This document shows, piece by piece, positions 35,001 to 48,400 of a stretch of DNA of 64,000 nucleotides. The DNA is taken from positions 2,916,001-2,980,000 of the forward strand of contig CM119372.1 in the NCBI GenBank assembly GCA_051294905.1, read 5' to 3'. Made by a program: the position numbers and the translations under genes. The notes beneath the pieces are model-generated. The model was given only the letters and a program-made list of their open reading frames with translations, had not been told where the DNA came from and did no database searches. Position 1 is the stretch's first letter. Each line of letters begins with the position of its first letter. Source of the stretch: Botryllus schlosseri (Eukaryota).

Positions 35001-36835
35001 TTGCTTTAAGCCCGTTATAACTCTCATGAAATAATTTACAGTCATGCAAATGTAATAGGCTACCAAATCCGATAAAAGCAAAAAGTTTTTATTGTTCTGT
35101 TAGTCACAACTAGTAGGAGAATTGACATTTTTCCTGCTTGTCAGTTCATTAACTCTTGGTTCTAAAGTGGTGACTGGTGAGATTGAGTCGAAGGCAGTGA
35201 TGAAGATTTCAACTTGTCGTACAGATGCGAAATCTATTCTTTACAAATTCCATGTTTGAAATGCTGACTTGCAGCTGTAAGTAGGCCCAAACATAGTGAG
35301 AATTCGCACTGATAATTTGCGAAGAGCAGGAAATATATTTTAGAATCATTCCGTTGGTCCGATGCAGCACTGTAAAGGTCCGCATTCGGACCGGCATTTG
35401 AGTAACCTTGTGTACGTAACACTGCCGAATACTCCAATAAATGCATAATTGTACATCGATTGTAATCTCATCGATTACCTTGCGTAAACTTTTACGATTG
35501 CTTACGATTTTCAATTTTCTTTAGGGGCTTCGACATTGGAAATCATTTTTGTGAGTGGACGCTGGATTACAGCTACTCGAAATGGCCGTTCTTCACGCAC
35601 AAGCCAGAAAACTATCCCACGAAAACGCAGCAGGTTGGTAAACTTGTTTACCTACTGCCAGTTCACTCGCTACTTGGAAGGCAACGGGTATAACCGCCAA
35701 TTTCCGCTTTGCAGGAGAACTTTGTGCAATCATACTTACGAGGCGTGACCAAATTATCGGGCGTTACGGGTGCGAAATGGAAAATGGACTGCGTAATCAG
35801 AGAGGCGAACAGGTTCGTCGGCTTGCGAAATAACTGTTCTCGAAACCCTTAGCGTCATTTTGTTTCGTTTTCAGATTCGCCCTTCTCTCGCACTTGTTCT
35901 GGTCTCTGTGGTCTGTCATGCAAGCAAAAATGTCAGATATTTCCTTCGGCTACATGGTAAGCATAAAGTGGGCGTTCTTATAGGCGCGGCAGGAAGCTAA
36001 TAACATTTGCAAAGCTCCTTAGTTTTTACTGTGCAGTAGAGAACAATGTATATGGTAAACATTCTCCGATTTGAAACGACCCACCGTGTACATGACCATT
36101 TTATCTCAATAAAAGTCCCTCTAATATCGCCTCGGCTTGGTCCTGTGTAACAAGTGTGGTTATGATCGTAGTTAATGTACCTCGGCGTTTTTCGTGCCCA
36201 TAAATGCAGGCCTGTATTCGGTATAGTACCTGTATTCCCTGGTTTCGTTGTCGGTCACGATGTATGATAGTGATACCGTGGTTAATGACGTACATTGTAC
36301 GAAGTAAATGCGACATTTTCATGTGGTATACGGCTATATATAGACTTGAAGAGGCTCTTGGAGGCACAGGAATTTAGTATACAATTGAATATTATACTCA
36401 TTGAAGTAACCAAGAATATTTTCGGCTGGCACTCGTTATGGGTAATCATCAGCAACGATTGAAATCTCGAACGAACGAGACGAACAGATTATTGACTGGT
36501 TGCTAACGATTCCCCTGAGGTCCGACCCTGGCGAGTGTCAATCGATAATATTCTGGTTTATTTCGACTATATATACGCACTTGATCACAAAACGAAAACG
36601 GTATTTCATGTAGTCATGGATTTTGCAATTCCAAACGCCTTGGATGTCTACTGAGTCATATATATATGTGATCTCGTGATTTGTGTCAAGTGCAGGCTTA
36701 CTGATATCATCGAATTCCAAATATAGTTCATTTAGCTGTGCCGATGCGATGCTTCATAGTATGCGTCTGTTGTTTCAGGAATATGCACTTGTTCGAATGG
36801 AAGCTTACCACGAATTGAAGAATAGAATTGAATGA
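29003..36835 (+). CDS. CHKA: Choline/ethanolamine kinase (CHKA/CHKB-like), 11 exons, 380 aa
   Basis: Exons 29003-29091, 30751-30849, 30918-31029, 31092-31205, 32248-32381, 33665-33769, 33827-33970, 35525-35633, 35715-35812, 35875-35956, 36779-36835 (1143 nt, all GT-AG, frame continuous). Motifs GGLTN, LRIYG, GPRLY...GRLEEYI, Brenner motif FCHNDLQEGN, choline kinase motif [31 protein letters not shown]. Exon 1 is the least certain; the symbol denotes a probable CHKA/CHKB co-ortholog. Confidence 0.95.
31257..31745. mobile_element. Foldback MITE with TTAA TSD (Kolobok-like) in kinase intron 4
   Basis: ttaa-aggggcactgcgctctaaaaatgat...atcatttttagagcgcagtgcccct-ttaa; arms ~195 bp nearly perfectly inverted. 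Confidence 0.88.
33232..33265. mobile_element. 34-bp perfect hairpin with 7-bp TSD (putative P-element excision footprint)
   Basis: cggggcctacgatact-tg-agtatcgtaggccccg; flanks gtcagat / gttagat. Confidence 0.7.
33996..34180 (-). repeat. Host repeat H copy without an element at the tgtgcat site
   Basis: Reverse complement of 22450-22612 (aatcagacacccaccttggccta; gaggcatgcaca). Confidence 0.75.
34589..34961 (+). mobile_element. 5'-truncated SINE A followed by a second SINE A 3' fragment
   Basis: B-box ggttcgagtcc; (CAA)n-type tails; 14-bp repeat actgtgtttcgcaa at 34575-34588 and 34962-34975. Confidence 0.88.
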
Positions 36836-39089
36836 TTCTCCTTCGCTATTGCAAGATGATGATGAATGACTCTGTTTTCAAACGCAAAGAGACGAACACC
36901 GAACTTTTCCGTACGCTAAACTTAGTAGGCCTATCGCCCATCTTTCTCAATAATGGCAAATTCGATGGGAATGGAATGTTATTCAAGTTTACCATACTCG
37001 ACTTCGTCGTATCGATAAGGAATTTAATATGTGCGAATAGTGTGTGCCTGTAGTTTTCTCTCAGTATTGATCAGCTTGGTTTTATTGTACAAAGAGTTGC
37101 TTTTGGCAATGACACCTTTCGTAAAACGGCATGATTGATTTTGAATGCCTTCCTGCTCCCTCGGTTTTGAATGAACTATCGTATGCCGTCTTCAACAGCT
37201 GCTTGCAGAGAATGCGGACTTTATTTGCTTCTTCGACAAGCAGCTGCTTGCAGAGGACGTAGAATATTCGCCTGTCTACCGTCAATCTTCCGTGCTTTCG
37301 CTTATGGTTACCAAGCATATTGTACTTCTGAATGTTTCTTGATAACTTCTCGGTCCAAGTGGGCCTAGTGTGATAAATCTTAACGCTTACATGTATTTTT
37401 TCACTATACTTCTTCAATACATTACCTTGCTTATCTTTTCGCAAAGATAGGGGTATCGCGGTATTGCGATATGGGCAGGAACGGGCGCACAAAATGACAG
37501 ATTTGCCGATCGCGCATTAAACTCGTGTCTTGATGTAAACCAACGGGCACACCTAGATAACCTGAAAATTTGTCTGCGCAGGTTCCTTGGATTGGTCCTT
37601 AATCGGGCATTTCTCTGGGCTTTTTGTAAAGATATTGTGAGCACAGCGATGAGAATCTCAGTAAACCTCCGTCGCTACGAAACTTTGCTACTGCCAAGAT
37701 TCAATCCGGGTCCTACACCGTCAATGGTGGTGGTACGCTAGCTCGCCTAGCATTTGAGATGGTGATAACTAAGGCGAAAAGCGTCACTCATCTTTTCATC
37801 AATAATAATAGTAATAACTAAACATAAGGTCATCAATTGGGCCGTGATGTTGAGGTTTTGATCTTTTTTCAAATCACCCTCATCAATACCGGGGGTTCAA
37901 CATGGTGATGACGCAGGATGACTGACCTTTTTTCTGTTTCTTTTTAAGTCACCATTTTGCCACATCTTCAACAGCTGTGGTCATTTTACACGAAACCGAT
38001 ATTGCTTATTATCATTATTACCGGGATGCCAACTTATAGCACGGCCCACTTTCGCTGCAGACTCGAGACTTTTTCTTATTATAGTTATGTGTGTTATTAT
38101 GTGTTATATTTTTACTATGGCATATTTTTATCTCATTGCTGGTGCGATAGCCTGACCTCAAGGTCCACGCATTTTTAAAGGTTTCAACTGCTAAACATCA
38201 CAGAAAGTGACGAGTGTCAGCCGAAAATATTCGGGTTCATTTCAATATGAATATACTATTTAATTGTATATTGAAGTTCTGTACCTCCAAGAAGCTCATC
38301 ACAGAAAGTCAAAACGGGAATGACTTTCGGATCACGAGAGTAATTTTACAGTTTTACAGCCACTCCAGCAAGTTTATTACTTTTAGTGCTGTTTCTGATG
38401 CGTGTACGATGTCATCGAATCATTGCTTTGTTTGTTTTAAATAATAAATATATATATATATATATATATTGTTTCCATATCCCTCAATATATAATCAAAT
38501 ACCAATATTGCGTTTTGATTTATAATCCCAATGACACATAGTACGGCCCGCGAATGGATGCATCTATAAACAAATTCACGGATTGTATTCATAGTGCCGT
38601 ACAATGGTGAAATCTGACGGCTAACTGCGATTGGTCTACGTCACACTTTCCATTTGGCTAAACGCAATTTGACGGTAATTTTCGACCGGCTTGCCTAGCG
38701 CGAAATTTGATAAAATTGGTATCAGTCGAAAGCTGCCGGGGTACTGATTACGATAGTATAAATTTGATTGTGCCCGTGGTCCTGGAACCCCTCAAAATCA
38801 GCATTTCATTTTGCATTGTAACGGAGTTTTCATTTTGGCGCCATCATGTAATCATGGAATTATCATGGATAATTTTTCAAGTACTTTGGGTCGCAGTATC
38901 TCATTATAGATTACCAACCTACGGAGGTTAGTAATCAGACAAGCAACTCCTGGGCTTTTCCACTCAGACCAGGGTTTTTCGAGCGTCACCTGGGTTTCTG
39001 GGTTTTTGTCCTTGAAATCTGTTTTCTTTTTCAACGTCATGTTCGTCAGGTCAATTTGACCTAAAAAAATTAAATCATTAGATTAGCAA

Positions 39090-39354
39090 GAGAGAGAGAG
39101 AGAGAGAGATATGATATTCTTTCTCGCCTGCACCATCGAGATGCTTTGGCGACGGAGTATCGATACGGCCCCATGAGGTCATCTAGTCTGCGCCCCCGTT
39201 TTTTTTTCTCCATGCTATCCGTGATTGCTGAGCGCCTAGCAGGATAGCTGCGGATACCATTTTTCGAGTCTTTGGTATGACCCGGCCGGGGATCGAACCC
39301 ACGACCTACCGCTCGAGAAGCCGGACGCATAACCATTACACTATCTCGCTCGGC
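39090..39354 (-). mobile_element. tRNA-derived SINE family B (MetaSINE-like) with (TC)n tail
   Basis: Minus strand: A-box tagtgtaatgg, B-box ggttcgatccc, then gggtcataccaaagactcgaaaaatggtatccgcagctatcctgctaggcgctcagca, which resembles the Meta central domain as I recall it; (GA)n at 39090-39109. Confidence 0.8.
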
Positions 39355-41369
39355 AAGATCATAATGTCGTCAAATGTACGGACTTCAGTTTGCCATTGTC
39401 GATAGATTTCTCTGTTATTGTATCGGCTGAGTCTTAATTCACTCAAATTCACTACTAAATTGAGAGGTCTTGGCGAGATATGCGAGGGAGATTCATTGAA
39501 AATTGCATGGCTGCCCAGGTCGCAGAAAGTCATGTTCGGCAGCTCATTAGAACCATTGGTCTTATCATATAAAATGATAAAGAGACGATTTGAGACTAAA
39601 TGCCATTATCACTCCGATAATATCGTTGTCTTGCAATAAATACCACGCATCTGTAAAGTATGAGAGAGAGAGAGAGAGAGAGAGTTTTGGAAGCTGGGCA
39701 AATTATTCGGAGGGGCACATTCGAATATACCAGTGGTCGGGAACCTATGGTTCGCGGGCCATATATGGCTTTTTGGTGATCAGATATGGCTCTTTGACAT
39801 ATTTTAAATTTTGTACTTAATTTTATCGATCTGCAGCAACTTGTTAGTAAATTTTCTTAACGGCCAGAATAATTATTCTTGTGGCAGCGTGAATATGTAT
39901 TTGAGAGGTCAAGACAGTGGCGAATCCAAGGTTACGGGCACGGAGCCCTTTACAAAATCCCCAAATTTAAGTTACTGTGGCGCCAGCGACCAACATCCCT
40001 CGCGAATTCAATGTATACCCGCCATCGGGCGCTGCGTCAGCTTGGATCGCACCATACGTTGGTTGATCAAAGAGAATAGCGGACATGGTAACGCCTATAT
40101 GACAATCTAGTTTTCAAATACACATTGTCTTCCTGATCAAGCCGAGAAATGAACTGCCGGAGGAGGAGATATATGGTAATCCAATAACACTGGTCTGCGT
40201 TATTTGCGACGCATCTTGTAACTCAAGCAACAATAGTTTCAAACGCCTCGTTGCAATGCTACATCTTTAAGCTATTTAAACAGTCTACATACATTACGTT
40301 ATGTACTTCTATACTGCTACGTTAAAGTTCTTTACAAGCGACGCTTGTCCCATCTGGCTATGCCACAATTCCCAAACACCTTAACTGATCTTAAGCTTTT
40401 TGCTGCATGTATAACATGTATCAGTTATGAACATATGAAACGGCTTACGAAAAGGACGTTAGTTTTATTCGTAAGAAACTATTACAAAGAAAATGTTACT
40501 TTCAACAAATTTTTGTCACCAAAACACACTGAAAATAATAATAAAAATTTCATAGAAAAGCACCACGATTAAGAATGAAGATATTGCTAACATATAAAAC
40601 AAAATGGTCAGACATCATGCGAGACTAAATCCTGTGGTTTGCTATGCTCGATTGATGACGCGATAGGCTATTGACTCGAGAGATATCAAAGTAAATGTTG
40701 AAGATCTTGAAAGTCTGAATCAACAACCCTATGACGGAAAACAACAGAATGATGTTCATTTAGTCGTTTGAAAAAGCAGTCTGTCCGATATCATGATATG
40801 GGTTTTAACGCCTCGTCCAATAAATGGAATGGTATTTTCAATACATCCGAAGCCAATGTCTTTAAGGCCGATTACATCCTTCATGGAAACATGAGTTGCG
40901 ATGTTCAATGTACAATGTACATCGAAACTAAACTCATTATCAATAATTATTAGGAATATATTTGAGATTCTCTTCTTGGGAATATTGTAGGCCTATTTAG
41001 CTACCTCTCCTCTCGGGTAAAGCCAGAGGCAAAATTAAGACGTCAGGACTATAGTTACCGAGGTAGTTATCAAACAGATGTATTCCAAACTTGATTTTTA
41101 CACAATTCTATTGCAAAAAATTCTATACTGCCTGCTGGATGGCGGTAAAGCAGGGATTCGCAAACCAGCGTTCATGAGCATGAGCACCGATCTGTGACTA
41201 AAACCATTTACACAACACCACCGAAGAGTGACGATGGGTGTCTTCAGATTGTAGTGATTTTGGAATCATTTTATGCAGAGCAGTCACAATAATATTCCAA
41301 TATAGTATCTTTTATAATTACTGGATGATCGAAAAGTGGATGAACTCTACGTTTGTTCAAAAACAACCC

Positions 41370-41700
41370 TTTTCTTCAAATTCTATTGACTATTTATTAA
41401 AATTGTAAAACTGGCAAAAAAACGAAGCTTTTGAATTTACTGAAAGAAAAATTTTTCAAGTTTTACCGGCTAGTGGCAACCCCGTGAAATTGTTAAGTTA
41501 GCCAATATGGCTCAATCCCGACCGGCAGAAGTGAAGTTACTGGTATTTACTTACGGTGGGTAGTTCCATAATTAATAATTGAGGAAATTCCCCAAATCCG
41601 AAATTATGTAATCCTATAACTTCACTTCTACTGGCTGAAATTGAGCCAAATTTGTCATGCAGCGTTTTTTAGCCAACTTAACAATGTTATCGAATAGTCA
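41370..41700. repeat. Degraded core of the 46717-47331 foldback family
   Basis: caaccccgtgaaattgtt...cagaagtgaagtta / taacttcacttctactgg inverted motifs shared with 46717-47331. Confidence 0.6.
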
Positions 41701-42433
41701 GTAAAATTTGACGACACAATTTAGTTCCCGGAAGCGGTACATAAAACAGTTTAAGCGAATAAAAGTCACTAGATTAGTGACATATCGGTCACGATGATAT
41801 CAAAACGGCAATGATGCAGCGAATACATGAAAGGCGCGGATTAAAAGCGTGATAAAAATAACATGAAAATGCGATCTCAAAAGCGTAATGAATCGCTCTT
41901 ACGAACAATCTATCGTGGGACTGTAGCGTAGCCTAGGATAGTAAATCTTTGACAAGATCGCGTATTCTTCAAAGCTCTTTTCCTTTTTTTGTGGGCCTTT
42001 GATCAAGACATTCATTGCGCATAGCAACAACGAGTGCTACCTTGGCCTGATCTTCGCATGCTTTTCTGGCAAAGTTCATGGGGGAAATATTCATTTTAGG
42101 ATTTTCTGCGTTTCGACGACCTCACGTAAAGATTATACTAGAGTACCAGACTCTGACATTTGAGTATTCGACACAATTTAAGAAGACAGATTCGTTATCA
42201 ATGAAATAGTGGATTAACTGCACAGTCAAAAGGACAGAACAGTTTCAAATATACAATGACGTGGATGTCGGGACATTCGGGCGTAAGAGAAAATGAAATT
42301 GCAGAACGCCTTGGATGAGAAGAAGCAGCTATCATGCATGAACCAACGATCTACGAGCTGCCGCGGGCAGATGCGAAAAAGATAAGTGACCTTATTTCGT
42401 GCTTGCGCTATCGAGAAATGTCCAGCAGTAAGT

Positions 42434-45400
42434 TCAGACCACGATATGGCTGCTAATGTTACCATCGCCTCCTATGCTAGGCGCTGCAGCTGTCGAAAAT
42501 TCGTGACTCGCGCGCGGGATATCGTCTTCCAGAGTCTTCACGTATATACCGAGGGGCCTTGGCTGGGCCGGGGCGTATCCATGCCTGTCACGTGCCAGCA
42601 AACCCATAGGGCTTGGCATACTGCTGCCGGCATCGCACGCACGCCATTCGTTCGGAAGCGTCGAAGAGAGTTCTTCGAACATGTCCGCAGGCGTCACAGC
42701 AAATCCGTGGCGTGGGTTCGCGTGTATCCTTGCGGGCTCGTCGCACGCGTTCGCACGCGGCGCAGGGTAATCGTCGCGTGCGTACGCACGCATCATAGCA
42801 CGTTCGCCGCGCTCCCTCATACGCACCGGCATGGTGCCATACGGCCGCGTAGAAGGCGCGCCTTCAGCGCGCGAACGGAGCATTTCCGACGTAACTGTAA
42901 CGGAATTGCGGTCGTTCCACTGCAATTGATCGCAAACGCTTTCGCCGTTGTCCTGGGATGCGGCCTGCGAGGGAGATTCGCGAGCTTGGTCTGTCACAGA
43001 TGGGCTGTGCCGGACGGACGACGATGAAGTGTCGGGCTGTTCGTGGGCGGACTGGGGACTGTGTCGGGAGGACACGCTCAGCCCTTGCGAGCGGTTGTCA
43101 CAGCTAGATCCGTCGTTGAGTACGTATGTGTTCCAGCACAGACGTACCCTCCTGCAAAGTAAATACGCAGTTTAAGCGTGCGGCATGTTTGTACCGTTTG
43201 TGAAGTTACACTGTATCATAACATCGTGCGTTTCGCCGACTTTCACCCAAGGAGAGGATGTAAATCAGGTGAACGTCACTTTCAGGTACCCATTGTGCTT
43301 TCACGCCCTTCCGCTGAATGAAATTGAGTCAAATATACCGATTCATATGCAGATATCTTCACGGGTTGCAGAGTGGTTTCTGTCTCAGCCTTTTGGGATT
43401 TCTTGAGATATCTATTCATAAGGATTGGCGTAAGTGACTCATTTCTACCCATTGGGATGGGTGTGAAAACACACTTTAGTGCGTGAAAGGGCCGTTCATT
43501 TCATTTACACCCGCGCTGCAGCGGAAATATGACAAATACACATATTTTCACCCACGGATTTACAGTGTACATTTAAAACAAACATGATTAAAACATGTCT
43601 CTTGTTTAAAACATGATTTTATTGTCTTATTCTTTCAACTATGACGCCGCGAATATTTAATTCTGACGTCACGGAGGAGTGACATTGAAAATTGAACATA
43701 TAGGGCAAGTATGGCTCCATTGACGAATAAGATTTCCAACCAACGTTCCCTCTAAGCTGCGCACGTGCGCAATTTCGCAGTGCTGACCTCTGCGCACGGA
43801 AATCTAAGCTGCGTACAAAAAATCCGTGGTGACGACTTTTTTTTAGTTGTTACGCACTGTTGTCCAAGGGACCGCGCAGTGAGTTGGTGAGTGCGCGCAG
43901 ACTCGTCAAAAATTAGCGGGAACAATGCTTCCAACCCCTGTCACATACGGACCAAAAATATCTTCGACCAGGACTTCATCCTTATGCAGCATATGCAACA
44001 TATTTACGGTCGGCGATCGTCATCATCAGAACTCAGAACATCCATCATGTTCTGTGATATATAACTATTGTTGATCCACGACGACTTCGAAGGTTCGCAC
44101 ACTATCAGCAATTATCTGACGTGGCTACTTTCAAAATTACGAGACAAACCTTCGAGAACAACGCAGAATGACTTTTTTTACAGCTTCCGGCTGCTTCCTA
44201 AATACTCGGAAGTTATGTAGTATGGTGTTTTAAGCTGTTTGGAGGAATCCTATAGTGCAACTTTTTGCAACTTTTCTCCATTTTTTCAGACAATTTGTTT
44301 TCAACTTAATCGATTTGTCATGCACCAACTTTTAACTGGAAATATTTGACACTATTTTTAAATAGATCGCTTGATAATTTCACTGTCGTTTAAATTTCAG
44401 GTCCTTTCTGATTTGACGTATATTCGGGCCGCTGAAAATTATATTTTCACTGGGTCAATATTTTCAAGCTATTGATTTTGTTGAAGTCGCCAGCACTGAG
44501 TTTTGCTACAGTGCCTTTGGTACGGATCGATTCGAGTATATCATATACCCTAATAATTTCAAGGAACTTGTCCATAAATGCAACTTTGCAGTGTAACTTT
44601 TGTGAAAAATAAATGCAACTTTTTACTGCAACTTTTGTGAAAAATAAATGCAACTTTTCATGGATTTGACTGCAGCAAAAACGTGCCCTACTAATAACTA
44701 TTAGTGCAAGTTTTTGCAATTTTCGCTACTCTTTTTACAGCTTCCGGGAGCTTCCTAAATACTCAGACGTTATTTTAATCCAAATTACGCATGCAAATAG
44801 GAACGTAGGAAGATACGCACGTAGGCACGTATAGTATTTATTACTGCTAGCGACGTAATTCTGAGTTGTTAGTTTGTTTGTTTCTTTGAGGTATTCATGG
44901 TGTTTGTCGACTACTATGGTCATTTACAGCTGGCTAATTCTCTTCATTTTATTCCGGAGCTGCCGACTTGTAGCACGGCCAACTTCTAGGCTTTTATAAG
45001 ACATCGCTTACAGGGATGAGATGGCGAGGAGGAGCCTACAGATAAACCTCCAACACTTAGGCAAGAGTTCTGGAGTCGGACTAGAACCCGCAATCCATTG
45101 GTGTTGCAGCTGTGGATTAAACCACTATATTGCCACATAACGTGATGTAGTGCGCGCGCGGGGCATAAAAGACACCAGTAAATTGTTGGCGAAAGTATTA
45201 ATTCAGAAAAAAACGAGGCCTGACGAGTTTGATGACTCCAGTTGTGCGCATCATTCCTAATTAACACCCTCGAAATGCAATTGAATAGTATACTTATATT
45301 GAAACGAACCCGAATCTTTTCGGCTGAATCTGGTTACTTGTCAGCAACTAGTAGAGAATTGGGAAGAACATTGTATATCAACAATCTTATCACACAATAT

Positions 45401-48400
45401 GACGTCACCCGCATACAATTTCGAATAATCGGGGCGAAGAGAGAGCGTACGCGTAATGTACTAATTTTAGATGGTGCACAAACTCCTTCCGTAGATACAG
45501 TCGCACAGACTTGTTTGACGTATTTTCATAAAAGTCGTCTCCATGACACCGTAATGAAAGTGTGAACGGCCTCTCCCGACGACATGAAATCTGTCGCCTC
45601 GATACTTTTACGTGCAAACAGGATTATCCACCAAATGCTCACCAATGGCAGAGTTTATGGCCTTCGCCTGTTCTGCATCAAGCTCCCAAAATGTATCAAT
45701 TGAAAGAAACTTTATGGCTACTTCTACGGGAAGATGTTATTGCTTCGTACCAATAGTTTTTGAACGATTCTTTGCGCAGAAATAAATCGTTTTTGTTCAA
45801 TGATTGGGCTGTTTGGTTCGCGATTATCTTAAAACGCTAGATATTCCAAATTGAGCGTTCAACCTTAAGCTTCAGCCATTGCGCAGTGAAGCCGTAGCAG
45901 TAGTATTAATAAGTTCCGGAGTTGGAGCAATTTAATATTTCCGACTGACCCAAAACCCTGCTATCATCTCCACGTTTATCATCAATTCCTTCTCAAAATA
46001 TTTGTAATAAGGTGGCGCTTACCTGATGTGTTTTCTCCCCAAAAAGACCAACACAGCAGTTACAACGAACACAGCAACGCCAACACCTACTACTGCGTAT
46101 ATCCAAGATTTTGTATTTGCGATCTGCGCTGAAGCTGAAAAAAATCACCATCGGATAGCACTTGTGCAAATTTTATTTTTCTGCGATCATTGGCAGCGAC
46201 TTGACAAGAACGATCACTGGTCTGATTTCGACATTGCGCTTCTTTGTAGGTCTTCTACTATAGAGCGCTTAGGTTAGCGGTGCCGATTCAGCACCTGAAA
46301 TGCCTCTTCACTTTCGAACTTCGTGGCGGTATCTTAACGTATTACATACGTGGCCAAGCTGGCGACTCGAGTAATTTTCGATGCCTTCCATCTTCTACTT
46401 GAGTAGTTACCTATTGGTGGTCTGTATCTTTTTTGACAAAACCACCTGCTTTTTTAATTTTGTATTTTGAAAAGAAGAAAGTAATTTTGTGAGATTACGT
46501 CACTTTTATGAAAGAAATTGTCACTGGAACCATTTAAAAAAGCTGTATTACGGTATTTATAGTTGGGACCCGGGAGGATACATATTGTGAATTCGAAAGT
46601 ATAGCCAATAGGAATAACTGGAACTGCTAAAATTATTATGCGAACCGCAAAAAAACGTAATCTTGGAAATAACTTCCTTTTATATTAACTTATTTTACTT
46701 TTCATACAGTGTGCATTGGGGCTGTTCAAAAATAACTTTTTTCCCCGGACTCCAGCCATTCACAAAGTAAATTGTCAGGTTACCCTAAAAAACGCTGCAC
46801 ACCAAATTTGGTTCGATTCTAACAAGTATAGGAATACGCAGATCCAATTAAAATTTTTAATTTATTATGGAAAATTGAAAAAAAAAATTTCCAAATTTTC
46901 TGCCAACCCCATGAAATTGTTGAGCTATCTTCAAGGACGTTGCAAAACGAATTTGAGTCAATTCCGACCAGTAGAAGCGGAGTTATGTGAGTTTTTCGAT
47001 TACAAACCTCGGATTATACTTGATCGGTGGATAATCCGCGATTTATCAACGAAAAACTCACATAACTCCGCTTCTACTGGTCGGAATTGACTCAAATTCG
47101 TTTTGCATCGTCTTTGAAGGCAGCTCAACAATTTCATGGGGTTGGCAGAAAAATTTGGAAATTTTTTTTTCAATTTTCCGTAATAAATTAAAAATGTTAA
47201 TTGGATCTGCGGAGTCCTACACTTGTTAAAATCGAACCAAATTTGGCGTGCAGTGTTTTTTAGGGTAACCTGACAATTTAATTAGTGAATGGCTGGAATC
47301 CGGGGAAAAAAGTTATTTTTGTACAGCCCTAGTGTACATGCCTCCTCTTTACATCGCCTAGGCCCAGGCGGGTGTTTGATTCCAAAGACTACTCCAAGTC
47401 GATTCGACACCTCCCTATCCTTTCGTTGCATCGCAATCTTGAGGTGTTTTGAAATAATGAAAGTTTAATAATAAACTGAACTTATTGAGTACTTTTTAAA
47501 CCTTTTACTTTCCGCTTGACGACATCTTGCGATCTCTCGGGAATAACTACTTCTGCTTGTGCTAGAGTATAAATTGACGGCATTAGTCTTAATTTTACTG
47601 GAGTGGCAACGGTGATGGGTTTGGCCAGCTCTGGGAATTACTCATCCCATATTAAAAGGAGTTCAAAATGACCAACACCTCGCTATAATATTAAAAGGCG
47701 TTGGACGAGATACGTCCAATATCGTCAATCGTACTGACCTTCAAATTCCGGGGTCCATTCGAATTTGGCTCTACTCTCTCCAAGATCGTTCTCAGCAATG
47801 CATTGATAGATGCCAACAGGTTTGTGTGACATGGTCAGCGTAGATTTGTTGCCAGAGATTTTTTCGCCTGTAAACGGATTTGTTTTAGTATTCGGCTAGA
47901 TGATTTTGACCAATATAGGGTCAACAAATTTCTCCTACGCGCCCAAACATTTTTCGCCTTTAAACAATTGTCTGAGCCCCGACAGGTTGACCAACACATC
48001 GTCTGAAGGGCATCGCACCCCTGACCCATTACTTATGCCGTGGAATCCGTCGCCGCCCTTTATGCATACAATTCACACGCACACACTTTCGGTAGTGAAC
48101 GAAGTCCAGCGGTACGCGATTCACGAACGAGCTGGGTTAGGTAACTGCGGATGCAAGACTTATCTGTTTATGTTTATCGGTCAACTATGTGTAAACATAT
48201 CAATATGGCGCATTCTATTGTCATAAAAATTATGAATCTGGTCAATAATATTGGTACCGATGTATACGGCATATACGTGACCAGATAGCAGATAGGCCAC
48301 GTAATTATACATCACGAGCCATCATGTTCATGCCACGCGGTTATAATACTGTATTCATCGGGTATTCAGGTTCACACTTTCTAGCTAGACCAAACTCAAA

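Noticed and set aside
37082..37492. 136-aa minus-strand ORF with repeated LCKQLL
   Set aside because: Explained by a short local duplication (cagctgcttgcagag x2) downstream of the kinase stop; no domain evidence.
42386..43027. 213-aa plus-strand ORF
   Set aside because: Antisense shadow of the GC-rich terminal exon of the Ig gene.
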